Source of the DNA: Hyaloraphidium curvatum SAG 235-1
Lineage: Eukaryota > Fungi > Monoblepharomycota
DNA: 64,000 nucleotides
Direction: 5' to 3'
NCBI GenBank assembly: GCA_025558095.1
Contig: JAIVFI010000028.1
Span: 310,001 to 374,000 of the forward strand
Positions 32,533 to 46,182 of the stretch are shown piece after piece; the first letter of the stretch is position 1; each line of letters starts with the position of its first letter. The translations under genes were made by a program, and so were the position numbers. The notes below the pieces were generated by a model. It did no database searches. It saw only the letters and a list, made by a program, of their open reading frames with translations, and was not told the DNA's origin.

Positions 32533-34295
32533 TCAGCTCAAGGTACAAGAGGATTCGTCCTTCTTCTTCTTCCCGCCCTTCGGGCTCCCAGCCGGCGACG
32601 CACGCTGGCCCGCCGATGCGGGTGGCGGCGACGCCGGTCCCACCGCCGCAACCGGCGCCGCAGGCCTCGTGGGGTTCGCCGTGACCTCCCTCAACCGCTG
32701 ATCGATGCTGGGAGGTGCCGATGCGGGCAGCTGCGGGGCCGCCTGGGCAGCAGGCGGCTGCGGCGACGGGGCAGGGCGGAGTTCCGCGGCGCGTCGGTTC
32801 TCCTCCTCCTGGAGCGAGATGGCGAGCGCGAGGCTGGAATGAAGGGGCGACGGGCGGCCAGCGAGATCAGCAGAGCTCGATCGCCGGGCACTGACGGCAC
32901 GGAACCCACTCGGCGTCCTCCTCCGGGTTCCCGGTTCGCAGCTGATCGAGCTGCGGATCCGAAGCGATCGGCGTGGTACCAGATGCCACGTACGGGTGGA
33001 AAAACTCGTCGACGAGCTGGGTATCGCCGTCAAAGTTGTTGAGGCTCTCCCACGCCGCGCCGGAGGTCGCGTAGCTGGTCAACGGCTGTCAGGCGTGACA
33101 CAGAGGCGATCGCTGGCGAACCCACCCGACATCCGTGCAGAGAGTATCTGGACGTGCGCGGAGCGAGCAAAAGGAGGGAAATCAATGAAACGCTACGGGC
33201 CCGCCGTCGTGCACAAAACCCACACAGCTCGCCCTGGGGCGATTTCATGAGCGTCGAGAAGTGGTTCGACCGGAAAAACACCGCCAGGGCAAACGGCGGC
33301 AGCTGCTCGCTGAGCTGCGTCAGCCCGTGCGCCGTGAGCTGCGTCGAGGTGGCGTTGAGGAACCGCTGGATCACCTCCCCCGCGTGGAGGGTGGCAACGA
33401 GGTCCCGGGTGGAGCCGGCGGGGGCGTCGGGACGGGGGGCGTCGAGATCCTTGCCGGTCGTCTCGGCGTCGATGAGCATCTCCACGCAGTGGTTGTAGGA
33501 TTTCGCCTGGCGGACGACGACGTCGTGGGTTTCCAGGTCCTGCGGGTCCACGGTCCAGCCTGGCGGTCGCGTCAGCAGGACTGTGGAAGGGCACAGCGGG
33601 TGGTGAGACCCACCGTGGAGGAGGTCGACGTCGAAGGCGGAAAAGACGCTCAGCGCCGGGCTCGGCTCGAAGCCCCGGATGTCGTTGAAGTAGATGTTGA
33701 TGTCCAGGCCGTGGCGCAGCGAAGGCAGCACCGTCAGCACGTCCCCGACGCGGTCCGAAGACATGTCCACGCCGTACCCCGCGGCGGCACGCTTCTCCAG
33801 CTTGCCAACCACGAGGTCGCCCAGCATCGCGGCGATCGTGTCGAAGCTCACGTGCTCGCCCTCGAAGGCGAGCTCCCCGCGGAGGATGAGCACGTTGCAG
33901 AGCGCCAGGGCCGCGCAGGGGCCGAACTTGTTCTGGGACAGGATCTTGACCGTCCGGTACTCGTCGGCGTTGGGGTCGTAGAACTTGAGCGGCTTCAGCT
34001 GGAACACGTCGTCGCGTTCCTCCTCCTGGCGGGGCGGTGTTTCCGCGGCGCCGACGGGAGCGGGGCCACCGGCAGAGGGTTCAGCGTCGACATTGCCGGC
34101 AGAACCGACAACAGGCTCCGTGGCAGCCGAGTCCGATGCCGGGCCGGGGGTGCCGGTAGCCGGGTCTGGCTCCAATGTCCGATCTTCCCGAGGGGCGGGG
34201 GCCGCGCCGTTGGCGGGGGCGTCCGCCGGCGCCGGGGCCGCGGACATCGAGGCCTCCGGGATCTGCGCGTCCGCGGCAGGCTCTGCAGGCGGCAT
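32533..34295 (-). CDS. MINDY-1/2 family K48 deubiquitinase with MIU-like motif and CAAX tail (multi-exon)
   Basis: QNKFGPCAALALCNVLILRG (catalytic Q/C), LLHGW.VDPQ, VFFRSNHFSTL (catalytic H) and LALAISLQEEE. C-terminus KKKKDESSCTLS. Confidence 0.9.
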
Positions 34296-34459
34296 CGTCG
34301 TCCTGGCTGCTGAGGTGAACGTGCGTTGAGTGCTGGGTCGCCTCTCAGAAGGGGGCGCGGCGCCAGTCGTTCGTGGACCGTCAACGACCCCCGAATCACG
34401 CAAAGAATCCCGGCCGGACGCGACCTGCCGGCCCCGGATCTCGCAGAGGCGGTGCAAAG

Positions 34460-36123
<1,664 letters not shown>

Positions 36124-36279
36124 CTGGAAATCTGCGGTCTGGCACGTAATCTGAGCATCTTGCACGCATTCAACCCCCCGCAGCCACGTGATTCGACGCT
36201 GTGCGGTACAGCGTGATCGGCGCCACGCGGGCGGCGGCCAAACATTGGCGGCCCAGATTACACATTGCGCGGCGCAAAG

Positions 36280-36943
36280 ATGTCCCGGGTCGCGTCCGCG
36301 GTCATGACCGTGTTCTTCTCCTACGCTGCCTACGTCCAGCAGAACGATCCAGGTGCGCTCCGCTGTCCTGCGCTGGGGAGCGCGCTCACCCGGGGCACCC
36401 GCTCCAGACGGCTACATCTTCTGGATCCCGCTGTACCTCAACAGCGCGCTGGCCTGCCTGATGCTGGCGCTGAACTTCAAGATGGCGTTCAAGTTCCTCG
36501 GGGCGGCCGCGCTGTTCTTTGGCGGGCTGAAGCTCAGGGAGACCGTGCAGTGGCCCGTGTCGCTGGAGGAGGCGAAAAAGTACTACGATTTCGACACGGA
36601 GCTCGGCAGGGAGACGGGCGGGCTGACCATCGTGGTGCTGTGGTTCGTGGTGATGATCATTCTGGAGGACAATGCCCTGGACAGGGCGGAGAAGGAGGCG
36701 GTGGGCCGGGCCAAGCGGGCCGCGGACGCGGCGCCGGCGAACGGCGCCGCCAACGGGACTGCCGAAGCTCCTGCGCCGGCCAAGAAGAAGGCCGCCTCGA
36801 CCTTGCTCGAGTTCGGACTCATCTTGGTGTCGCTCGCCATCCTGGGGTCGGTGTATGTGATGCCAAAGTACTTCATGAAGCCGCCGGCGGAGGAGCACTG
36901 CGCCGGCGTCGGCTTCTCCGTTCCGGAACCAAAGGCCGCATGA
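36280..36943 (+). CDS. TMEM220-family membrane protein (2 exons)
   Basis: FFSYAAYVQQNDPD...WIPLY and ELGRETGGL.I match the TMEM220 signature motifs. Confidence 0.75.
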
Positions 36944-37011
36944 CGACACGATGCTCTGTTCATCAACCGTATGTACAAAAGTATGTAGACAGATACAACA
37001 ACGCAAGACCA

Positions 37012-40000
37012 TTACCAGCTCGGCTTCTTCTTTCGCAGCAGATCCAGCTCGGAATTAGCTTCAGTTAGTTTGGTTTCAAGATCGGCAATCAGAGACTTCA
37101 GTGCGGCTATGTACTGCTTGGCCGGATCCGGCAAAGCTTGCAAAACAGGCGCGATTGAAGGGTTGTTGATGTCGAGGGCGGAGAGGGCGGCCACGAGGTC
37201 GCCGGAGCCGACGGTTCCGGCTTCCTTGCCGGCTTTCACAAGGAGGTTCGAAGCTGCAGGCGGATCGGAGGCCCGGTCCTTGCTGCCCAGCAGGGACGGT
37301 TTCGGCGGCTGGGCACGGCCGAATGCGTCGATCGGGCCGCTATCGGCGTCCCAGGGTTCGACAAACTGTAAAGACAGGTCAGCAATGGCCAGGAACGACG
37401 ACAGCAATCATCCGTACCTGCCCGAAACCGTACCGCGCGTCCTCGGTGTTGTCGTCGAACCCGACGATCTCATCGGCCAGCGCAGCGCTTCTCCGCCGCT
37501 GCTCCAGCCAATCGTCGTCCTGGGCACCGCGGTCGCCCGGCAGCGTGGAAAACAGCGACCGCGGCTCCGGCCCGAAGGCACCGCCCAGCAGGCCGTTCTC
37601 CACCTGCGGCGGCAGGAAGAAGTTGCCGCCGGGCCGCTGGCTCCCGATGGCACCAGGAGGCGGAGCATTCGAAGATCTGCGCGGCATATCGACAGCGGGG
37701 TCGAGCCCGGCGCGCTGGTCCGGCATCATGGCGACGGGGGTGTTGAGGCCGAGGGTGGAGGCGGTAACACCCTCGAACCGGGCGTCGTTGGCAAAGAGGA
37801 AGCCCAGGCCGATGGTCGCCAGCGAGCGCATGTCGGGCGCGCCCCCTGTGTTTGCCCTGCCTTTCTCCTGGAAGAGCGGCGACGTCGCGATCGACGCCTG
37901 GATCTGGGCCTGCTGCTGCGTAGCATTGAGGGCGGCAAGCCCCTTTTTGCTGAACACCGCAATCAGGTTGGTCGTTTCGTTGAGATCGCGCGCCGCTCTT
38001 GCCGCCTGTAGCACGTCAGTTGTGTCCCTAAAGGGACAGAGCAAAAGCTCACCTCTTCGGCCGACGAGAAGAACACGAGGCAGCTCTCCCGGAAGAACTG
38101 CACGTCGCGGTAACCCTCGTACACCGACAGCAGCTTGACAAATTCGCCCGGCGTCGCGTTGAAGGGAAGGTTGCTGACATGCAGGATCGGGCACGGCAGC
38201 CCGGTGTCCGTCTTGTCGTTCCGGGAGGTGTAGTCGTATTTGGGGAACACGCAGCGCATACGGGTGTTGAGGTGGATCCAGTCCATCGCCCGCCGAGCGT
38301 GCTCCATGGTCGCGAAGCAGGCGTAGATGTAGTCGCTGGACGTCGAGTTGGATCCGTCAACAAAGTCGGAGACAGCGCACCAAGAATACGCACCGGTAGA
38401 AGGCGATCCGCTGGAAACCGTCCAGCGACGACAGCATGCGCCGGATATCTGCCCGGTCCATCGTGATATTGCCGATCTTGAGCGTGACCTTGGGCGCGTG
38501 GCTGCCCGACGACTGCAACAAACCCCCAGACACCTCCCCATTCCGACCCGGTCCAGCCAGGTAGTCAGAATCCGAGGTCCCCGGCGACGGCACCGAGATG
38601 GGCTGCTCGTCGTCCTCCCAGAACTCGAGGCGCTCCTCCCGCGCCGAGAACCCGCCGCTGCTCGCGCTACCGAGGCTCCCCGGGATGCCCGTGGGCATCA
38701 TCGGCCGGCCGTTGGCCCCGGGCATTGGGTACGCGGCGGGGTAAAAGACGGCGCAGAGGTTGGTCCGGGCGTTGATGTCCTCCACACAAGCCTTTGCCTG
38801 CTCCACGGTCTGGAACCAAACGTGGCAGTCCTCGCGGCCGAAGCGGACCTCGCCAGTGGAGCCGGGGTAGCTCCGGAAGAGCTTGACGAACTCGCTCTCG
38901 ATGGCGTTGCTGGGGAAGTTGCCCACGCGCACGATCTTCGAGGGCTCGCCGACCTCGGGCCTCACGAACGGCGCCGCGTACTCGATCTGCGCAAACGCGG
39001 CCTGCATTCGCGTGGTGGCGTGAATCTGCTCAATGGCCTTGCCAGCCGACGCGACGTCTTTGAACACGACAAAGACCCAGTTGGGGTAGAAGGCGATCCG
39101 GGAAAAGCCATCGAAGCCACTAAACAGCTGCTTCAGCTCCGCGCGGTCCTTGGTCAGGTTGGACACATGCAGAGTCGACTTGGGATCCGCCTTGGCGCTG
39201 CCGTACCCGGCCGGTCCCGGACCGAGGCCGAGGGCGCCGAGGTTGGCGGCCAGCACGGCCTTGGTCTCGTCCTCCCACCCTTCTTCGTCGAGCGTGCCGA
39301 AGCCGGCCTCACCCTTGAAGAAGGTGGCGATGAGGTTCGTCCGCACGTTGAGGTCCTCGAGGCACTTTTTCGCCCGCGCGGTGTCCTCGAAGTAGACCTT
39401 GCACGCCTCGCGAAAGAAGTACACCTCGCGGAAGCCCTCGTACATCTTGAAGATCTTTGTCAGCTCCAGGTTGGTCGCGTCCCAGGGAAGGTTGCAGACG
39501 TAGAGCACGGGGCATGGGCTCCCCGCGTCGGGGACGATGTAGTTGGGCGAGTACTCCTCGCGCGCGTAGCTGGCGCGCATCTTGGTCTCGCGGTGCAGCC
39601 GGTCGATGGCCTCGGCCGCCTGCTGCGGCGTCGAAAAGACGGCAAACACCCAGTCGCGGTAAAAGGCCACGCGCACGAAGCCGGGGAAGCTGGAGAGGAG
39701 CTGCAGCAGGTCCGCCTTGTCGTGGCTTGTCCCAGGCCCGGCCGCGTTGGGAGCTGGCGCGTTGGCCACAGACAGGTTGGTGATGTGGATCGTCGCCCGC
39801 GGCGGCCGTCCAGAGGCCGCGTGGGAAGAGGCCAGGCTGCCGACCGACGACGCCATCTTGTTGCTGTAGCCCTCGTCCTCGTCGTCCGATCCCTCGCCGT
39901 CCTCGCTCGCCGCGTTCTCCGAGCCGCGATCGCTGCCGCGCTCGCTCCCGCCGCGCGCCGAGCCCGTTTCTGAGCCGGTCTTGGCGCTCGTTCCGGTGGC

Positions 40001-41772
40001 GCTGGCTGCGAACCCGCCGCCGCCGGACCAAAACGTGGCCACAAGATTGGTCTCCTCATTAAGTTCCTTGCGGGTGCGATCGGCGCTCTCCGTATCCCGG
40101 AAGTACACCTGTGAAATCTCCGTCAGAAATGTCTTCGAAACAGACGACGTGGGGCGTGTCCACCTTGCACGAGCCACGGAAGAAATAGGCATCCTGGAAC
40201 CCCTCAAAGTCGCTGAAAAGCCTACGAAACTCGTTGGGGTTCGCGTTGAAAGGAAGGTTTGTGACGTAGAGGGTCGGATTCGGCGGACCAGACGGCGGTG
40301 GCGGGTGCTTTTGGAGGTACTGGGGAGGCGGGCGTGACCGGTGAGCCAGCGCACGGTAAAGCCGTTCCCGACCGACCACCCACGTTCTCCTTAGTGAAAC
40401 TTGCCCTCATGCCGCCCAGGAATCCGACAGTCCCGTCGTTGACGATCCTCATCGCGGCGTGGGCGGCCTCGGCGCTCACGAAAACGAGGAAGCACCAGTC
40501 CCGGTAGAAAGCGATCTTCTTGAACCCCGCCAAGGAGCGAGAAAACCGCCGCAGGTCAGCGCGGTCCAGGTGTTGTGGGATCGACGTGAGCTGGAGCGTG
40601 GTCCGGGGTGCGGCCTGGTATGGCCGGTCGCGGGCGCCATGCGGCCGCTCTCGCGAGTAGTCCCGGTCCTCGGAGCCGGAGCCGGCAGAGCGGTCCCGGC
40701 GGAACTGGTCGCGGTCGCGGGCAGCTGGGCCCCACGGGTCCCGGGGGCCGCCTGCGCCGGCAGAGAAGTTGGGGGCGGGGGTGGAGGCGGGGACGGAGAT
40801 GATGGGCACGGGCACGCTGGCCACGGCGATGCTGAACACGCCCTCCTGCAGCGGCTGGGCCGCGAGGAAGGCCTGGAGGAACTGTGGGGCGTGAAAGCGC
40901 AGCAGGGCGGCTGTCGAGCTGGGGTCCGGCTCGCCCGAGGGCGCGATCCAGATGATGTTCTCCAGCCCGGGCACGCAACCGACGACCCAGTTGCCGACCT
41001 GCTCCTTGGGCGTGCCGGGCGGGTGGCCGAGGGTGACCTGCACCTCGGTGTGGTCGTTGCGCGTCGGCATGCCCGGCGGACCGTGCCTGCCCAGGGCGCC
41101 CGGGAACGTCTGCGAGGCCGCGGCGTGCAGGGGCTGGCCGGCGGCGGCCAGCGCAGCGGCGTGGGCGGCGGCCTGGGGGCCGACGGTGCCCTTGTGGCCG
41201 CCAACGCCGGGCGCCGGGCCCAGCGGCAGCCCGTTGGGCATGGGCATGCCCTGCCCCGGCGGCGGGCCACCCAGCTGCTCAGAACCACGCACGTAGACGG
41301 CCTCCCAGTTCGTCGCCTGCGTGATCGTCTCCAGCAGGTGGCGCGCGTAGTCCTCCGACGACAGACGCACGACGGCCTCGCCGACGGGGGCGCCGGGGCC
41401 GGGCGCCCGCGCCACGTCGACGGCGACCACGCCGGGGAACAGCAGCAGGAAGCGCTCGATCTCGTGGCGCGGCAGCGCGAAGAAGCGCAGCGCCACGGCG
41501 GCCGACGGCGGGCCGGGCGGCGGCGGCGGAGGTGGGTGCACGCGGAACGAAGGGTCGGGCACCGCCGTCACGCCGACCAGCTGCCGCAGCGACGCCCAGT
41601 TCGCCGGGTCGGGCGACGCGACAACGTGCGCCGACCCGTCGGGGTGCACGACCAGCCGCCGGAACGACGGGTGGATCCGCAGCGAGTGGAACAGCCCCGG
41701 GAGGTCCGCCGAGGGCACGTGCAGCGCAAACGTGTCGCCGGGATCTCCCGGCCCCCCGCCGCGGCCGCTCAT
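37012..41772 (-). CDS. Large multi-RRM RNA-binding protein (8 clear plus about 3 degenerate RRMs, C-terminal coiled coil; multi-exon)
   Basis: Four A-B pairs. A: TL.I.N...DRA.L..L.S..GF.RIAFY.DW.F..F......A......T.MRA.F. B: P.P.LYV.NLP..A...E...LF..YEG.....F.RE.C.V.F.....A....DLN..TNL.A.F. Confidence 0.85.
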
Positions 41773-41939
41773 GGCGACCCCTCTGCCCCCCGGTGGCGTG
41801 TTTGGTGGTCCGGAAACCTCAGGCGTCCGCTGGAATGGCAAGGGAATTCACTCGACCCAAGCACCGCCGAACCGCTGAAGCCCCCGGCTCTGAGTTCAGG
41901 GACGACTAGTTGGGCTCCTGTGAGAGCCAGCAGTCTGCG

Positions 41940-42750
41940 ATGAACATCTTTGGCCTCTCTGGCAGCAAGGTGGGCCCGCATCGCCCCACTCCAGGCGCCG
42001 CTAACAACCCCCAGACCTTCAAGGCAAAGGGCCGCAAACATGCCTCGCACGACGCCCGGTCGCACCGGCTCAAGCAGCACGCCGAGGACATGCTCGGCGG
42101 CGCGAGCCTGAAGCTGGCCGTGCAGCTGCCCGAGGGCGAGTCGGCCGACGAGTGGATCGCGGTCAACATTGTCGACTTCTTCAACCAGATTCACCTGGTC
42201 TACGGAACCATCACCGGTGGGCATTTTTTGGAAGTCGCACGGGGCCTGTCCCGGCACATCGTGCTGACTGGGCTCCGTTCTGCCGCGCTCTTTGCCCCGC
42301 CTTCCCCGGCAACCTCTCCGGATTCCAGAGTTCTGCACCCCCACCGAGTGCCCAATAATGAACGCGGGTCCCAAGTACGAGTACCTCTGGTCGGACAACC
42401 ACCAGCATCGGAAGCCGACCAAGGTGTCGGCGCCCCTCTACGTGGACCACCTCATGAACTGGGTGCAGGCGCAGCTGGACGACGAGTCCCTGTTCCCGTC
42501 CCAGATCGGCGGCCGCTTCCCGCCCGGCTTCCGCCCCGCCGCGAAAAAGATCGCCGCGAGGCTTTTCCGCGTCTACGGGCACGTGTACCATTCCCACTTT
42601 GACCAGGTGGTGCAGCTCGGCGTGGTGCAGCACCTCAACACGAGCTTCAAGCACTTCCTGCTGTTTGTTCGCGAATTCGACCTCGTGGACGCCAAGGAGC
42701 AGACGCCGCTGAAGGAGGTGATCGAGGCGCTGGTCGGGGAGCAGGCATAG
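41940..42750 (+). CDS. MOB1: MOB1-family kinase co-activator (3 exons)
   Basis: SKTFK, LPEGE..DEWIAVN.VDFFNQI, EFC....[28 protein letters not shown] and HLNTSFKHF. Confidence 0.92.
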
Positions 42751-42908
42751 CGGGATCGGGCTCCCCGCTCGACAGGACACTCGAACATGGAGCACACGCC
42801 AGTGATTCCATTGATACCACCAAGAACTCTGATTGTGATACCACAGCACAAAATGTACAGCATTCTGATTTAGATCCATCTCTTGTCTACGATACCGATC
42901 GGACCGGC

Positions 42909-44612
42909 TCACCCGCCCTGTCCCGCGCTCTGGCTGCCCTCGCCGCCTCCATCACCCTCCTCGTCGTCGTCGCACGCGCACAGCGCCCCGACAAACTCCG
43001 CCACCCGCTTCTCGCCCTCGCCCGCGCCCTGGCGCACTCGCTCGTTCCACCGCAGGCACCGCGCCAGGCTCTCGAACCAGTCGTCCGACTGCGACTTGGC
43101 GCAGATGGTCGGGCAGGGGAAGGGGCTCGCGGTGACCGTGACAAAGTCGCCTGGCAGAATGCTGGAGGTCAACAAGGGCCGTGTATGGTAACGCAACGGG
43201 ACAAGCGACCTTGCCGGAGCTCGATCCGGTGGCGCCCGTCGAAGGAGCAGTAGGCGGTGTTGCGCGAGTTGCGCGGAACGACGATGCGGAGCTCCATTGC
43301 GTCGGGGAGGAGCATGGGGCGGAAGGAAAGCGTGTCTGCGGACCTGAGGATCAGGAAAACGGAGCGAAAGAGACGCCCTCCGTCGACCCACGGGCGCAGA
43401 TCGGCGTGACGAGGATGGCCGGCACCTCGGGGTGCACCATCGAGCCGCCCGCCGAAAGCGAGTAGGCTGTGCTCCCCGTCGGCGTGGCGATCACCAGCCC
43501 GTCGGCCTGCACCGTCGTCAGGTGCTTCTCGTCGCCGTACAGCTCCAGCTGCGAGATGTACGGGCTCGGCCCGCGGTCCACAACGAGGTCGTTGAGGATC
43601 ATGAAGCTCTCGGCCGGCACCGGCTTCTGCAGCGCCAGCACCGGCTGCCGCGGGCCGTCGGGGGACGTGCCGCTGTGGCGCAGGGTCGCGTGGTGCGGGT
43701 TCAGAAGCGACGGCAGGGCCGAGTCCGAAACCTGCTGCGGCTGCGCGCGGCGGATGTCTGGCCCGGCGAGCATCGACGCCACGGTGTGCGAGGAGCCGTC
43801 CGCGACGCCCGTCCTGCCGCGACTGCGCCACACGGTGCACCGGAACCGCATGCGCATGTTGACGCGCACTCCGCGGCCGGCGTCGCAGCCCACGACGCGG
43901 CCGAGCACCTTGCGCACGTCCTTGAAGTCGAAGGGCGTCAGGAAGCCCAGCGAGCCCAGGTGGAAGGGGATGATGGGCGGCACCTGGCACTTTTGGAAGA
44001 GCCAGGAGGTGTAGAGCACCGTGCCGTCGCCGCCCAGGGTGATGATGAAGTCCACGAGGTCCGCGCTCTGGGCACACAGTTCGGGAGTCCAGTAGCGCAG
44101 CCGCGACCGCGCCGTGCCCATCGCGTGCTCGATGTCCGCGAACGCCGGGTGCGGCCGCAGCTTGTCGTCCACGTACACCTCGAAGCCGTCGGTCTCGCCC
44201 TTTGCGGGGTGCGGCCGCGGCGTGGTCGCCAGCCACACGGCGAGATGGCGCGTCAGCTGCACCAGCGTGCTGTCCTGCACCTTGGACACGATCATCACCG
44301 AGCGCGGGTTCTCGAGCTGGAGCAGCGCGCGGCCTGAGGTGGACGAGTCAGGTGCGCGCGAAGGGGTCCGTCAGGCGCCCCACCGATCTGCTTGGAGATC
44401 TCGCGCACGCCGACCGTCGTTTCCGCGAGCTGTGCGATCCTGCGGCGGTGTCAGCTGCGCGGGGGTTGGTTGCGGGGCGCCCACTTCGAGGCCGAGGGCG
44501 ACGGCAGCGGCGACGGCGCGTGCAGCCCGTTCTCGGACGGCGCGCGGATCGGCGACGCGGCATCGCGCCCGTTGGGCCGCGGCAGCGACAGGGCCGTCTG
44601 GAACCGCTCCAT
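42909..44612 (-). CDS. ATP-NAD kinase (UTR1/YEF1-like; about 5 exons)
   Basis: VGVREISKQIG, ITLGGDGTVL, FHLGSLGFLT, LNDLVVDRGPSPY, QADG..IATPTGSTAYSLSAGG and WNER. Confidence 0.95.
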
Positions 44613-44652
44613 GGCGTGCCGGGTGCCTGCTGGGTGTGGGGGACGTCGCTCT

Positions 44653-44663
44653 ACTATATTTAA
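44653..44663. promoter_or_regulatory. Possible TATA-like element in the NAD kinase / F-box divergent intergenic region
   Basis: ACTATATTTAA AT island in otherwise very GC-rich DNA, about 40 nt upstream of the NAD kinase ATG. Confidence 0.3.
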
Positions 44664-44762
44664 GGCCCCGGGTCGTCGATCTCCTGTTTGTCATCCGATC
44701 ACCGGGTCTAGAAATAACTCAGCCCCGGCCAGGCAAACCAAGATCCTGGAACGGTGCAGAGG

Positions 44763-46067
44763 ATGGCCACCGCGGTGCTGCCGCCCGAGCCGGCGGCGTG
44801 GATCGGCGAGAGCTACGACGCCGAGTACGACTCGCCGGCCGGCCCGCCGCCGCCGCCCGCCGTGCCGCCCGAGCTGCTGTTCTGCGTGCTCGACTTCCTG
44901 CGGCCGGCCGACCTCGCCGCGTGCCTCCGCGTGTCGCGCGCGTGGTTCGGCCTGGCCGCCGCCGCGCTGTACGCGCACAAGACCGCGCACTTCCGCCTCG
45001 GCGACCCGCGCGTGGCCGGCTTCGTGCGCGCACTGGAGCTCTCGCCGCGCGCAGACACATACCGCGCCCTGCCGCGCCGCATCCGCTTCGGCGTCGGCGG
45101 CGAGGACGTGGCAGAGGCAACCATCCTCGAGTTCGCCGCCGCTGTCAACCGCATCCTGCACCTGTGCGAGCGGCTGGTCCGCGTCGAGGTCGTCGGCTCG
45201 GGCGACTCGAGCCAGCGCTCGTGGCTCTACAGGCCCATCGGCCAGGCTTTCGTGACCAAGCAGCGCAACTTCGACATCACGTCCGTCATGATGTCGACGC
45301 TGTCAATCGGCGCGATCAGCTACGAGGCCGTCATGGCCATCGCCACGCACTACCCCGGCCTGACGGCCCTCGAGTTCAACAACGTCGAGTTCGACCTGAC
45401 GTTTCCCTACCACGCCCTGTCGCGCTCGATTCCAAAGCTGCGGCACCTCACCCTGACCCAGCACAACCTGTCCACGGACAAGCTGGAGCTGCTGCTCAAG
45501 GGGTGCGAGTCCCTGACGAGCCTGCACATCATGGGCAACGACCTGCTGGACGACGCTGCCGCCCGCATCGTGGCCGGCCTCGGCGGCAGCCTGCGCAAGC
45601 TCGTCGTGCAGTGCGCCGGCGACTGGCCCTCGCAGGAAGGGCTGTCGGCCATGTTTTCGGGCCTGCACGCGCTCGAGCACGTCGAGGTGTCGGCACAGAG
45701 CCCCTACGGCGAGGCCGAGGGCCTGTCGGACGGCGTCGTCGTGGCGCTGGTCGAGTCGTGCCCAGACCTACGCTTCGTGCGGCTGCAGAACCTGCCCTCG
45801 CTGACGGAGCTGAGCGTCTCGGCCCTGCACTCCGAGAGGCTGCGGAACCTGAGGGACATCGTCATCGTCGATTGCTGGGGGATCGACGCCGCCGCCACGC
45901 GGCGGCTCATGAGGAACCAGAAGCGGAACCGAATCGTGGTCGTGGAAAAGGGGTGGATGGACCGCATGGGGTACCGCTTCCGCGAGAAGCTCTCGAACCC
46001 GCCGGCATACCTGCTCGCCATGGCGGTGGTGTCCAACTTTTTCCTCATGCGCTGGATCCTCTTCTGA
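44763..46067 (+). CDS. F-box / RNI-like leucine-rich-repeat protein
   Basis: F-box VPPELLFCVLDFL...DLAACLRVSRAWF followed by LRR-like units (CESLTSLHI, CPDLRFVRL). Intronless. Confidence 0.85.
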   Translation: MATAVLPPEPAAWIGESYDAEYDSPAGPPPPPAVPPELLFCVLDFLRPADLAACLRVSRAWFGLAAAALYAHKTAHFRLGDPRVAGFVRALELSPRADTYRALPRRIRFGVGGEDVAEATILEFAAAVNRILHLCERLVRVEVVGSGDSSQRSWLYRPIGQAFVTKQRNFDITSVMMSTLSIGAISYEAVMAIATHYPGLTALEFNNVEFDLTFPYHALSRSIPKLRHLTLTQHNLSTDKLELLLKGCESLTSLHIMGNDLLDDAAARIVAGLGGSLRKLVVQCAGDWPSQEGLSAMFSGLHALEHVEVSAQSPYGEAEGLSDGVVVALVESCPDLRFVRLQNLPSLTELSVSALHSERLRNLRDIVIVDCWGIDAAATRRLMRNQKRNRIVVVEKGWMDRMGYRFREKLSNPPAYLLAMAVVSNFFLMRWILF

Positions 46068-46182
46068 GTTTCGGCTTGGACGGAAAGGAGAGGATATGAA
46101 GGCGCAAGAGAAATGCGCAGGAAAGCTTGAGCAACCAGATAATTGTATTTACGGTATCCGACAATCGAACGGGTATCATCAG

